Virus record (IMG/VR): IMGVR_UViG_3300028840_007214
DNA: 64,000 bases
Origin: an uncultured virus (IMG/VR IMGVR_UViG_3300028840_007214)
Lineage: Duplodnaviria; Heunggongvirae; Uroviricota; Caudoviricetes
Reading direction: 5' to 3' (one strand)
In this document: one piece after another, positions 42,069 through 51,328 of the stretch
How positions within the stretch are numbered: position 1 is the first letter of the stretch
How the letters are laid out: each line of letters begins with the position of its first letter
The notes under the pieces: model-generated
Database searches by the model: none
What the model was told of the DNA's origin: nothing
The model's input: the letters and a program-made list of their open reading frames with translations, nothing else
Made by a program: the position numbers and the translations under genes

Positions 42069-43370
42069 ATGCTTTTAGCTCTAAAATATAGACCTCTGTT
42101 CTTTAAAGATGTTTTGGGGCAAGATGCCTCAATTCAGGTACTTAAAGAAAATGTCAAGTCAAAAAAACTTCGTCCTGTATATATGTTTGTCGGGCCTTAT
42201 GGTAGCGGTAAGACTACATTAGCTCGTATCTTTTCTCGTGCTATAATGTGCCCAGATCAGCAAGACGGAGAACCATGCAATCAATGCGAAAGTTGTAAAT
42301 CACATATCGAAGGCAAAAATCTTAATTTTATTGAGATAGATGCTGCAACCCATGGCAGAATCGATAATGTGCGGCAATTAAAAGATGAAGCAAGTTATGT
42401 ACCTTTAGGAGCATCTAGATTTAAAGTCATCTGCTTAGATGAATGTCATGAGATGAAAAAAGCCGCGCAGAATGCTTTGTTAAAGCAGATGGAAGAAGCA
42501 CCAGAGACAACTGTATATGTTTTATGTACGACTGAACCTGAGAAGATGCTAAAGACCGTAACTTCACGTAGTTGGGTATTTCCGATTAAGCGTATCCCTT
42601 ACAAAAAGATAGCCGACCGCTTAGAACATATCTGTTCCGAAGAGCATGTAGTTTATGAAAGAGAAGCTTTAGATCTTATAGTCGAAACAGAAAAAGGTCA
42701 TGTGCGTGATGCGATAGGAAAAGTAGATCTTCTTTCAACTTATGGTGAGATAACTGCTGACTTAGTACGTGAGGTGCTTGATTTAGATTTGGATGATCAT
42801 TTCTTAGAGATTTTGAAGAATCTAAGAGAATCAATCGCTCAGTCAATAGAGACCGCAGAAAGAGTTCTAGATCGCATTGAACCGTATGAGATTTATAATG
42901 GGTTGGCGCGAAAATGTGTCGAGATTTTTCGAAGTGGTCTATATTCGAAAATCCCTGAACGTTATGTGGAAATACATGAAGCTATAGGCTTCGATCTAGT
43001 TAAGGTCGCCGACTACTTTTTGAATAGAAGCCGGCGGGTTGATAAGACAACGTTGTTCTGTGATCTTCTAGTTGTGAATTCGAAGCTTAACAATGGTTTT
43101 GAAGAGGTTAAGTTTGTAAAAGGAATGCAACCTATCTCGCGGCCATCTAGTGGCCCTCGATCTCCTACTTCAGTGAAATCCTTTGATGATCAATTTAAAA
43201 CTGATTTAGACCGTATTGGATCAAAACCACCAGAACATGAAAAGAAAAAAGAAGAGCAGAATGACAAGAGTTTAAGTAAGCGTTTTGAGATTCTAAGTTC
43301 GAAAAAGTTTTCGATGCTTTTGGTGGGTAAGCTAAAGGAATGGCCCCGCGAAGAGGATGGGTCGCCGTAG
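42069..43370 (+). CDS. dnaX: DNA polymerase III gamma/tau clamp-loader ATPase
   Basis: LALKYRP..F.DVLGQ, GPYGSGKTT, EPCNQCESC, EIDAA, LDECH, NALLK..EE, CTTEP, SR, GHVRDA. Confidence 0.96.
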   Translation: MLLALKYRPLFFKDVLGQDASIQVLKENVKSKKLRPVYMFVGPYGSGKTTLARIFSRAIMCPDQQDGEPCNQCESCKSHIEGKNLNFIEIDAATHGRIDNVRQLKDEASYVPLGASRFKVICLDECHEMKKAAQNALLKQMEEAPETTVYVLCTTEPEKMLKTVTSRSWVFPIKRIPYKKIADRLEHICSEEHVVYEREALDLIVETEKGHVRDAIGKVDLLSTYGEITADLVREVLDLDLDDHFLEILKNLRESIAQSIETAERVLDRIEPYEIYNGLARKCVEIFRSGLYSKIPERYVEIHEAIGFDLVKVADYFLNRSRRVDKTTLFCDLLVVNSKLNNGFEEVKFVKGMQPISRPSSGPRSPTSVKSFDDQFKTDLDRIGSKPPEHEKKKEEQNDKSLSKRFEILSSKKFSMLLVGKLKEWPREEDGSP

Positions 43371-43873
43371 AATTATCAAATCAAGGCGAAAAGAATATTG
43401 AAGAAGTGCCTAATATTCTACGTGATCTTTTAAATCAGAATGCTGTCGAAGTTTTCATGCCTGTATATCTTCCAGACAACCCCTTCTGTAAAGAGAGAGT
43501 TGAGTTATTTGAAGGTTATATCTTTTGTCGTGCAAATTGTGCTGATGACGAATTTTTCTCAATCGAAGAAGATCCGCACTTCAGATCAATCTTAACTACT
43601 TTAGAGGGAGGTTTTAGAAGGATTGATTTTGTCAAGGATTCAAAGATAAAGGCTTTTCAAAAATCACTTAAAAAGTTAATCGTTAAGAATATCAGAGAAG
43701 GGGATAATGTTGAGATCTTAGATGGTACATGTAAACATCTAAAAGGTGAAGTATTAGAAGTAGAAGATTTGAATGCGTTAGTTTCGATACAAAGTCTTAA
43801 AAGCACCAACCTATTGATTGAGATACCCCTGAACAGCCTAAAAAGGCTCCCAAAAAGAAAGAAAATGCAATAA
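43340..43873 (+). CDS. nusG: NusG-family transcription elongation factor (NGN plus KOW)
   Basis: WVAV, VEVFMP, LFEGYIF (NGN); EGDNVEILDG...KGEVLEV (KOW). Confidence 0.8.
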   Translation: MAPRRGWVAVELSNQGEKNIEEVPNILRDLLNQNAVEVFMPVYLPDNPFCKERVELFEGYIFCRANCADDEFFSIEEDPHFRSILTTLEGGFRRIDFVKDSKIKAFQKSLKKLIVKNIREGDNVEILDGTCKHLKGEVLEVEDLNALVSIQSLKSTNLLIEIPLNSLKRLPKRKKMQ

Positions 43874-43902
43874 AAAAATTTTTTTCAAAATTTTTTTATT
43901 GC
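43867..43902. repeat. Perfect 16-bp AT-rich inverted repeat
   Basis: GCAATAAAAAAATTTT-tttc-AAAATTTTTTTATTGC. Confidence 0.9.
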
Positions 43903-44074
43903 TCATGTTCTAAACTAAATGAACACAAGGAACGATCAGGGGGTAATGTAGTTAACAGAAATTTCCTTATTTTAGTCTAGGTATGAATGTAAAATAATAA
44001 ATAGATTTGAATGTATGTTTTCTCTGTGAGATTGTTATTCAAATCAAATTAGCGGATTATTAAAAAGTTTGCTC

Positions 44075-44989
44075 ATGGCTAAGTGCGACGTCCTCATAGA
44101 TGGCCATCATTTAGCTCATCGGGTCAACCACGTTTTTCAATCACTTCATACTTCTTCTTATGAACCGATAGGCTTAATCTATGGTTTTCTTAAAACTTTG
44201 TTTAGTTTGAAACAAAGATTTAAGAATAGAGATTGTGAATTTTTTATCTTTTGGGATAGCAAGCCCGTAGTTAAAACTTCCATTTTTCCAGAATACAAAG
44301 CACAGAGAAAGAAGAAAGACCCAACGCCTTTCTTTAGCCAATTAAGCAAACTGCGAAAGATTCTTGTAGCTTTGGGCGTTGTACAGATTCAGGTTGAGCA
44401 AGAAGAAGCAGATGATCTAATTAGCAGCTATATTTGTCAAAATATGGGTGATAAGAAATTTATCGTTTTAACAGCTGACGGTGATTATTTACAACTTGTG
44501 AGTGATGCTTGTATCGTAATTAAACCTAAGATGGGTAAGCGCCCTGAAGTTGTTTATACCCCTGCGAAGGTTCTTGAAGAATTTGGAGTCGGCCCAAAAG
44601 CGATCGTCTTTTTAAAAGTATTTTGTGGTGATTCTAGTGATAATATACCAGGTGTTTCGCGTTTACCAAAAAAGCAAATCATCAAAATTTTGGAGAATAT
44701 CGAGTTAGATGGTATTACGACGATCGATTACATCTTTGATCATTTAGAGTCTTTTGATTTTTTGACAAAGAATCAATACACAAAGATCAGTAATTTTCAA
44801 GATGAGGCTTATAGAAATTACGAGCTAGTAAAATTAAAAGAGCACTTAGATGTCTCCTATCAGGGGACATTTTTTAATGCTGAGTCTTTAAAAGAGCGTT
44901 TCACCCGCTTAGAATTTACTAGCTTTCTTAGAAGTTTTTCTGAGTGGCAAAAACTTTTTGAAACACAGCAAGTGCGCGGAGGCTGTTAG
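44075..44989 (+). CDS. 5'-3' exonuclease / flap endonuclease, PolI N-terminal-like
   Basis: LIDG, FWD, PEYKAQR, EADDLI, DGDYLQL, GDSSDNIPGV. Confidence 0.93.
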   Translation: MAKCDVLIDGHHLAHRVNHVFQSLHTSSYEPIGLIYGFLKTLFSLKQRFKNRDCEFFIFWDSKPVVKTSIFPEYKAQRKKKDPTPFFSQLSKLRKILVALGVVQIQVEQEEADDLISSYICQNMGDKKFIVLTADGDYLQLVSDACIVIKPKMGKRPEVVYTPAKVLEEFGVGPKAIVFLKVFCGDSSDNIPGVSRLPKKQIIKILENIELDGITTIDYIFDHLESFDFLTKNQYTKISNFQDEAYRNYELVKLKEHLDVSYQGTFFNAESLKERFTRLEFTSFLRSFSEWQKLFETQQVRGGC

Positions 44990-45000
44990 GAGAAAGGCTT

Positions 45001-45699
45001 GTGAGCTTTATACAAAATATTGATCCTGTCGAATTTGCTCGAAGATTTTCAAGCGGTGATAGAGTTCCAGTTGAACGTGAACGCATAAAGTTAAAAGGTT
45101 CGATGACTCAGGTGAAAAACCTTCTAGATAAGATTCCTGAACGTGAAGTTGATTTGATCTATATGTATTTCATTTTGAATAAAGGCCAAAAGCAAATGGC
45201 CCGTATTTTAAATATTACGCAAGGCGCAGTTTCATTGCGTTTGAAAAAAGCTATTAAGCGCTTACAGTTTTTAGTCGATTTACCAAAGATTGATGTCTCC
45301 GAAATGCGTGAAGATCTTATAACCTTTTTTAATGACGGTATTGACAGATACTGGTGCAGCAATTGCCGAAAAGAGTTTGAGGGCGCTTTAACCGCCTGCC
45401 CTAAATGTGCGAATACTGAACTGATCGAGAATATTGAAGTCCAGATAATGATCCGAATGTTCGAGACTTCATGTCAGTCTGTTGTCGCGCGTGAGATTGA
45501 ACTTTCTCAATGTGGTGTGCGCCATCGCTTTCTAAGAAACCTCAAAAAAATTGAAGAAAAAGCTCAGAGCGACTCTGACTTCAAAAAGTACCATAAAGGC
45601 CTCAAGATGATTAGTGAAAACTTGAACATCTTGCGTGAGGTTGAAGTACCTAGATGGAAGAGGCAAAAGAACATTGTCCTTTCAGATGTCGGCGTTTAA
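45001..45699 (+). CDS. Transcription regulator with two sigma-70 region-4-like HTHs flanking a Zn ribbon
   Basis: IPEREVDLIYMYF...QKQMARILNITQGAVSLRLKKA; CSNC...CPKC; QSVVAREIELSQCGVRHRF. No region 2 recognised. Confidence 0.7.
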   Translation: MSFIQNIDPVEFARRFSSGDRVPVERERIKLKGSMTQVKNLLDKIPEREVDLIYMYFILNKGQKQMARILNITQGAVSLRLKKAIKRLQFLVDLPKIDVSEMREDLITFFNDGIDRYWCSNCRKEFEGALTACPKCANTELIENIEVQIMIRMFETSCQSVVAREIELSQCGVRHRFLRNLKKIEEKAQSDSDFKKYHKGLKMISENLNILREVEVPRWKRQKNIVLSDVGV

Positions 45700-45725
45700 T
45701 CAGTTCAGAGTTTTGCCTACCTTAA

Positions 45726-45740
45726 AATAATCTTCTAATA
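45726..45740 (+). promoter_or_regulatory. Putative phage late-promoter motif, copy 1 (AATAATCTTCTAATA)
   Basis: One of four near-identical copies, each upstream of head-module genes. Confidence 0.65.
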
Positions 45741-45788
45741 ACTTTATCCTTTAGATCTATTTGATCTCTGGTATTGTGCGAGGTAACA

Positions 45789-46031
45789 ATGGACAGTTTT
45801 TTTCAGAATTTCACATGGGGTGCTGAGGATAGTTTAGATCCTGTTCCTCGGGCCAAAAAATCCTGCATTAAAGTCTCTTCTTTAGATCAGTTATCAGGTT
45901 TTATTCGTGTTGCTGATAACTTCTTAGTGAACAAAGCTAAGAAAGATCTTTGGAAGATTGAAAAAGGCTCTGAAGGCGATCTGCTTATCTATCGTCTTGT
46001 AGATGATGAAGGTAAACCCGTCGAGGTATAA
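45789..46031 (+). CDS. Small head-module protein
   Basis: RBS gaggt; FIRVAD..LVNKA.KDLWKI. Confidence 0.6.
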   Translation: MDSFFQNFTWGAEDSLDPVPRAKKSCIKVSSLDQLSGFIRVADNFLVNKAKKDLWKIEKGSEGDLLIYRLVDDEGKPVEV

Positions 46032-46036
46032 GCTCT

Positions 46037-46642
46037 ATGGAAGATCGAATTGCTGCAATTGTAGGGCGACATAAGCGCGCACAGAAAACTCGAAGTCTTC
46101 TTGATTTTCATCCAAATGGAGATGATTTAGCGTCTCTAGAAAAGATCCTTATACCGCTTTCGCGTGCACAGAAGAATCTAGTCCGAGCTTATGGGCTATT
46201 TGCAAAGCTTAAGACTCCTCGAGTAACACCTGATGGGTTAATTGGTGGACGCGGCTTTGTAATGCCTCTGAAGGATGTTAAAACTTTAGTGCATCAGACC
46301 GTCGAAGAAGTTGCGACTGTTGTTGATGCTCTTGTTGATGAGATTTTTAACAATCCAATTTGGTCTGAGGTACGTGAAAATAACCGGCAGACTGTTGAAG
46401 ACTTAAATGAGCTTGAAGAAGAAGCTGATTTTGGTGAAGAAGATGAAGAAACAGATGATGAAATTTTAGAGCAGTTTACGCCTCCAGAACCTGAGCCAGA
46501 ACCTGAGCCAGAACCTTTTGGGAGTAAATTGCCTGGAGATGATGAGGTAGCAGGACTTCCACCTATGGAAATTGGCCAAAATTCTCCGATGAAGTATTTG
46601 CCTGAGAAAAACATACAACCTGAACAGCGTCCTTCGCTTTAG
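46037..46642 (+). CDS. Head-module protein with an acidic/PE-repeat tail
   Basis: TPDGLIGGRGFVM core; EPEPEPEP tail. Confidence 0.6.
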   Translation: MEDRIAAIVGRHKRAQKTRSLLDFHPNGDDLASLEKILIPLSRAQKNLVRAYGLFAKLKTPRVTPDGLIGGRGFVMPLKDVKTLVHQTVEEVATVVDALVDEIFNNPIWSEVRENNRQTVEDLNELEEEADFGEEDEETDDEILEQFTPPEPEPEPEPEPFGSKLPGDDEVAGLPPMEIGQNSPMKYLPEKNIQPEQRPSL

Positions 46643-46655
46643 TAGAGGATAAAAA

Positions 46656-48533
46656 ATGTTTGATGATCGATTTTTAGAAAGCTTTGTCAAAACCTCAGCT
46701 GTTCCGATTCAGGATCTGAGCTGGTTAGATATTGATGAAGATGAATATGCGGCGAATGAGAGGCTACCTGATAATAGGAAGACTCTCAATATAAAAGATC
46801 AACTTCGTATCCTTTGGGATCATCATATTGATCGCGGCCCAGGACGTTTTAATTTAATTCCGAATGTTGAAAAACCTCCAACAGGCACAGAACTTGCTAA
46901 AGAGAGTTCTGAAGACCTTGCTGATTTAGAAAAGCGAGTTAAAACTGCAATGATGCACGGCATTACTGGTCCGGCATTAGTTAAATTTATCAAAGCAAAG
47001 TTTGCTCGAGATACCATAGAGGCGAGTTCTGAGATTTTAGAAAAGTTAGCTCTAGAGCAAGGGGTGCTTGGCTTTGCTTATGTTGATCCTGATTTGCTTG
47101 ATTGTCAAAAGGCCACGAAGTTTGGTAGTTCTTTCAAAGTACCTGAGTTTGTTAAAGCTTCTGAAAAATGTGTCGATTGTAAGTTCGCTTCTGAGAAAAC
47201 ATGTTTGAAGTTAGAAATGCCTATTGTATCTGAACTTCAATATACTCCAGAGCTTGTTGGTAAGCTAAAGAAGAAACTTGAGGCGCACGGATTTAGTTTT
47301 GAAGATGATTCAACTCTAGAACCTAAGAAAAGACTACAGCTTATCTTTCTTTCACGTTACATTCCTGCAGTGGAGAGAAGTAATCATTATGTGGCGCCTC
47401 GAAAGGAGAGAATCGAAGTTTCTGAAGAAGAGATTACTCAGTTCTTAGCTGAAAGCACTCTAAAGGCCGAGAAAAATGCAAAGCAACTAGCACTCGAAAA
47501 GATTGGAAAAGCAAAGTTTCAAGTTCTTTCTTTTTTACGTAGGTCTTTAATTGCTGGTCAGCATATTGATGATATTATTCCTGCTCTCAAGCGTAAATAT
47601 GCTCAAGATACTTTAAAGTTAGCTAAAGAAGAGATTCGAGCACTTGTTAAAGCACATGGCTTTTTTGGTAACCTATATGTAACTCTTGATACGTTTTCAA
47701 AGTGCGCAAGTTTAGCAGAATTTCTTAAGAAGTCCGGTTCACTAGCACGCTATTTAGTGAAGAATGCGAAATGCGCACATTGCACTAGCAATCAAGAAGA
47801 ACGTTGTCTAGAACTTGGATTACCTTTGGTCGAGCATTTTGAAGAAATCAAAATTGATCAGTCTTTAGTTAATTCTTATGTTAATGAATTAATGAACCGA
47901 GGCAAAATCTCACAAGAAGTTGCAGAAGATCTTCTTGATTCAACTAATTGGCCAGAGTCTCTTAAAAAGCTTTTGAAGTCAAAATCTTTACAGCAGCCCC
48001 TTCGTGGCGGGCATGTTGTTCAAGAGCATATCTTGGCGCAAAACAGTTCAGGATTATCAAAGCATGAGCAAGACCAAGAGACTCAGAAATTTCTTCTAAC
48101 AAGTACTAAGACTGCTCTTGAAGAAGGTGTGGGAATTAGAGCGCTTCAAAACAAATTGAGTACTTTAGTCCCATCAAATGTAGGAAGTTATATCTTAGAG
48201 CGCGCATTAAAAGAAGCAGCTCTAATCTCAGCTGATTCTTTTAAATATTGTCAGAAACTTGGTAATGAAGGTTTTGAGTTAAACAAACAAGCACACTTAC
48301 TCATTAAAGAGGCTTGCGGTGATTGCATCTTTAATAGCAAAGTTTATTGCACAAAGATCGGTAATCGTTTTAAGAATCGCAATTTTGAGGTAAAGAAAGA
48401 GGCCGTGGTAGATACTACAGCTGATGAGCTTAAAGAGTTCTACCAAGGATCTAAAGTGTCTGTCAAGATGGCTACAAAACGTAAAGCACTTGAAGGAGAA
48501 ATTGAGGGTTTAAATGAGTTCACAATCGGATAA
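46656..48533 (+). CDS. Head-module protein with three Cys4 repeats
   Basis: Three units of C...CxxC-x7-C (CVDC, CAHC, CGDC). Confidence 0.6.
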   Translation: MFDDRFLESFVKTSAVPIQDLSWLDIDEDEYAANERLPDNRKTLNIKDQLRILWDHHIDRGPGRFNLIPNVEKPPTGTELAKESSEDLADLEKRVKTAMMHGITGPALVKFIKAKFARDTIEASSEILEKLALEQGVLGFAYVDPDLLDCQKATKFGSSFKVPEFVKASEKCVDCKFASEKTCLKLEMPIVSELQYTPELVGKLKKKLEAHGFSFEDDSTLEPKKRLQLIFLSRYIPAVERSNHYVAPRKERIEVSEEEITQFLAESTLKAEKNAKQLALEKIGKAKFQVLSFLRRSLIAGQHIDDIIPALKRKYAQDTLKLAKEEIRALVKAHGFFGNLYVTLDTFSKCASLAEFLKKSGSLARYLVKNAKCAHCTSNQEERCLELGLPLVEHFEEIKIDQSLVNSYVNELMNRGKISQEVAEDLLDSTNWPESLKKLLKSKSLQQPLRGGHVVQEHILAQNSSGLSKHEQDQETQKFLLTSTKTALEEGVGIRALQNKLSTLVPSNVGSYILERALKEAALISADSFKYCQKLGNEGFELNKQAHLLIKEACGDCIFNSKVYCTKIGNRFKNRNFEVKKEAVVDTTADELKEFYQGSKVSVKMATKRKALEGEIEGLNEFTIG

Positions 48534-49029
48534 TTCACAGACGATTCCGCTAGATCAAGTAAATGAAATTTCTCTCAAAGAACTAGCTGAGTTTCGAAAG
48601 TTTCAGAAACGCCGCGCTCAATTAAACGATAATGCACTTGTCCAAAAGGTGCAAGAAGGCAGCGACCTTGAAGTTATTAATCTTATTCAAGAAGAATTAG
48701 CTAAAACGATCGCGAACTTAGAGTTGCATATTCAAGAAAGAGAAACAAGAGGTAAAAGCTCTTTTGTTGAGAATATGCGTAAAGTTCGTGCACTCAAACA
48801 TTTGAGTGAATTGATTTTATCAAAACGTCAGACTCTTTTAAACGAAGTCATTAACTTAAAGAGCCAATCTTTTGTTTTTGTCTTCCAAGAACTTCTTGAG
48901 CTATTCAAGGTATCTGCTAAACAGGCTGGAGTACCAGAATTTCATATTGATGCCGCAATCGGAAAACTGGGCGAAAATCTAAAGGGTTGGGAAGAAAGTA
49001 CTCAACGCAAACTGTTAAAGCAAAAGTAG
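48514..49029 (+). CDS. Possible terminase small subunit
   Basis: 171 aa helical protein immediately before terL; positional inference only. Confidence 0.4.
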   Translation: MSSQSDNSQTIPLDQVNEISLKELAEFRKFQKRRAQLNDNALVQKVQEGSDLEVINLIQEELAKTIANLELHIQERETRGKSSFVENMRKVRALKHLSELILSKRQTLLNEVINLKSQSFVFVFQELLELFKVSAKQAGVPEFHIDAAIGKLGENLKGWEESTQRKLLKQK

Positions 49030-49036
49030 GTATATT

Positions 49037-50845
49037 GTGGCCTTAGCAGATATTTGTAAAGACTTTATTACCCCTGAAAAGGATTCTCGAGAATGCCTTA
49101 ACATTTTAGAATATTGTGAAAAGGCAATCCAAGCGACACCAACTCCTGTACAACGATTCATTCTTAAGTGTTTTTACGGACTTAAACTTGACAATAAAAC
49201 GAAAGATATCATTATATACGATCATTTTAAAGAGAAAGTATTACACAAGTGTACAGAGCTTGATTATTATCATCTTCTTCGTTCTGAAAATCGTATAAGT
49301 GTCAAAAATCCAGATGATATTCTAGATGCCAATTACTGGACATTATGTCTTCCAATTGGGCGGCGGGGAGGTAAGACTTATCTTTCTGCAATTATCTCGA
49401 GCTATGAGACTTACAAGCTATTGCAGATTTATTGCCCTCAAGAGTTTTTTGAAATTGATGAAGGTTCCGAAATTCGTATTACAACGGTGGCTACTGCGCG
49501 AGATCAGTCGAAGCTCTTATATGATCAGATTAAGAGCTTTGTTATGCGCGGTAGTGTTTTTACAAATCATTTTGTAACTGGCACTCAGCAATTTATTCAG
49601 CTTGACACACGGCATGATATTGAACGTTATGGGCGAAAAAAGCGCCCATCAATGCACATTAAATTCAATAGTTGTATTTCTAGAACTTTACGTGGCCCGG
49701 GTAATATAGTCGGTGTAATGGACGAGTGCGCGCATTATATTGAAGAAAGTGATTCGGCGAGTTCAGATCAACAAGTGTATGATGCTTTAAGCCCCTCGAT
49801 TGCAGGGTTCAACAAAGATGGCAGGATGTATGGCAAGATGATTATGATCTCTTCGCCCTTAAATAAATCAGGGTTAATGTATCAGACTTATAAAAGGTCG
49901 TTAGAGCAAGATGATCTTGGTGTTCTAACGATACAAGCCCCATGCTGGGAATCATTTCCAAAGAATGTCACACCTGCTTATCTAAAGACGAAATATCGTG
50001 AAAGTAAAGAGAATTTTTGGCGCGAATTCGGAGCACGTTTCAGTGAAAAGATTTCAGGCTGGATTGAAGAAGAAGATCATTTAAGAAGAAGTTTTGTGCC
50101 CGACTTAATGCCAAGACAAACAGGCATTCGAGGCATTCCAACTTTTATGGGAATTGATCTTGGGTTAACTGGTAATGGTACTGCAATTACTATTTCAGCT
50201 GTTAACCAGGAGCGGCAGATCGAACTTTGGTATGCCAAGGTAATTTATCCGAGTACTGCTACAGTTGATCCTATTTATGAGGATTGTGTAGAAAATGTTG
50301 ATATGCTTGACTTCGATGCAATGTCTGATTGGATCGAAGAGCTTGTCCATAAATTTAATGTACAGCAAGGAATTTTTGATCAGTGGAATGGGGGCCCGTT
50401 ATTGCAAGCTCTCAAAAAGAAAAGAATAACCAATTTAGAGTGTCTTAGTATAACACGTGATTTAAAAGCAAAGATGTTTCAGAATTTCAAACTAATGATG
50501 TTAGATAAGCGTCTTAGGTTATTTGATCTTCATAAAAAAGATGACGGTGAAGATGGCGTACTATTTAAAGAGCTTATGCGTCTTCAAAAGCGAGCATACT
50601 CAAATTATCTTGTAGTTGTTAATAAACCAGATATCACAGGATTTCAGGATGACCTTTCAGATGCTTTAGTGCGAAGTGTTTGGGCAGCTACTCAGAATTT
50701 AGATCGGGCTAGTAAGATCGCAAAATCAATTGAGAATCGATCAACTCGCCCGCCTAATTATGCTCATATGCAAAGACGATATGAGCTGCGAAAAAGGCAT
50801 TCAGGTTTGAATAGAGGAGGTGGTCGCAAAAGAGGTGCAAGATAG
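49037..50845 (+). CDS. terL: Terminase large subunit
   Basis: Walker A GRRGGKT, Walker B VMDE, ISSP, REFGARF, nuclease GIDLG, FDQWN, DDLSDAL. Confidence 0.93.
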   Translation: MALADICKDFITPEKDSRECLNILEYCEKAIQATPTPVQRFILKCFYGLKLDNKTKDIIIYDHFKEKVLHKCTELDYYHLLRSENRISVKNPDDILDANYWTLCLPIGRRGGKTYLSAIISSYETYKLLQIYCPQEFFEIDEGSEIRITTVATARDQSKLLYDQIKSFVMRGSVFTNHFVTGTQQFIQLDTRHDIERYGRKKRPSMHIKFNSCISRTLRGPGNIVGVMDECAHYIEESDSASSDQQVYDALSPSIAGFNKDGRMYGKMIMISSPLNKSGLMYQTYKRSLEQDDLGVLTIQAPCWESFPKNVTPAYLKTKYRESKENFWREFGARFSEKISGWIEEEDHLRRSFVPDLMPRQTGIRGIPTFMGIDLGLTGNGTAITISAVNQERQIELWYAKVIYPSTATVDPIYEDCVENVDMLDFDAMSDWIEELVHKFNVQQGIFDQWNGGPLLQALKKKRITNLECLSITRDLKAKMFQNFKLMMLDKRLRLFDLHKKDDGEDGVLFKELMRLQKRAYSNYLVVVNKPDITGFQDDLSDALVRSVWAATQNLDRASKIAKSIENRSTRPPNYAHMQRRYELRKRHSGLNRGGGRKRGAR

Positions 50846-50889
50846 GCAGGTGAATTTGCCTTTTGTTTTAGTATTTAATTCACCTTTTG
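50844..50889 (+). terminator. Possible intrinsic terminator with alternative pairing after terL
   Basis: AGGCA/TGCCT stem followed by TTT; overlapping AGGTGAATT/AATTCACCT stem followed by TTTGT. Confidence 0.45.
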
Positions 50890-50940
50890 TAACATAATTA
50901 AAATTAAAATTTATATATTAGAGTGTTTGAGGAATAACTC

Positions 50941-51318
50941 TTGAGCGAAGTCAAAAAGATTATTGATCGCATTGAAGGTGAGCGCTCTAAAATAAAAGTT
51001 GATTTAATAAATCTTACAAAACATTTTGAGCGTCTTGGCGACATAATGCAGAAACTTGAAAAAAGACCATCATACTTACGTTGCAAAGCAAATATGCGAA
51101 CATTAAATGCGATGATTCGAGGTTTATCTACTCTTAGTTTTGGAATGATCTTGCAGGATGAACAAGATGCCTTAGCTAAGAGAGAAGAGATTGAAGCACA
51201 AACGCGCGCAAAAGCCTCAAAAGAGCAGAGAGAAAAAAGAGTCGCTAAAAGAGAAGAGAAAGCTAAGAGTACATTGGCCGATTCTAAAGAAACCAATAGT
51301 TCTCCTGAAGCCCAATAA
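50941..51318 (+). CDS. Hypothetical basic coiled-coil protein between terL and portal
   Basis: TTG start after gagg; preceded by an AT-rich intergenic region. Confidence 0.55.
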   Translation: MSEVKKIIDRIEGERSKIKVDLINLTKHFERLGDIMQKLEKRPSYLRCKANMRTLNAMIRGLSTLSFGMILQDEQDALAKREEIEAQTRAKASKEQREKRVAKREEKAKSTLADSKETNSSPEAQ

Positions 51319-51328
51319 GGTTTAGCAT

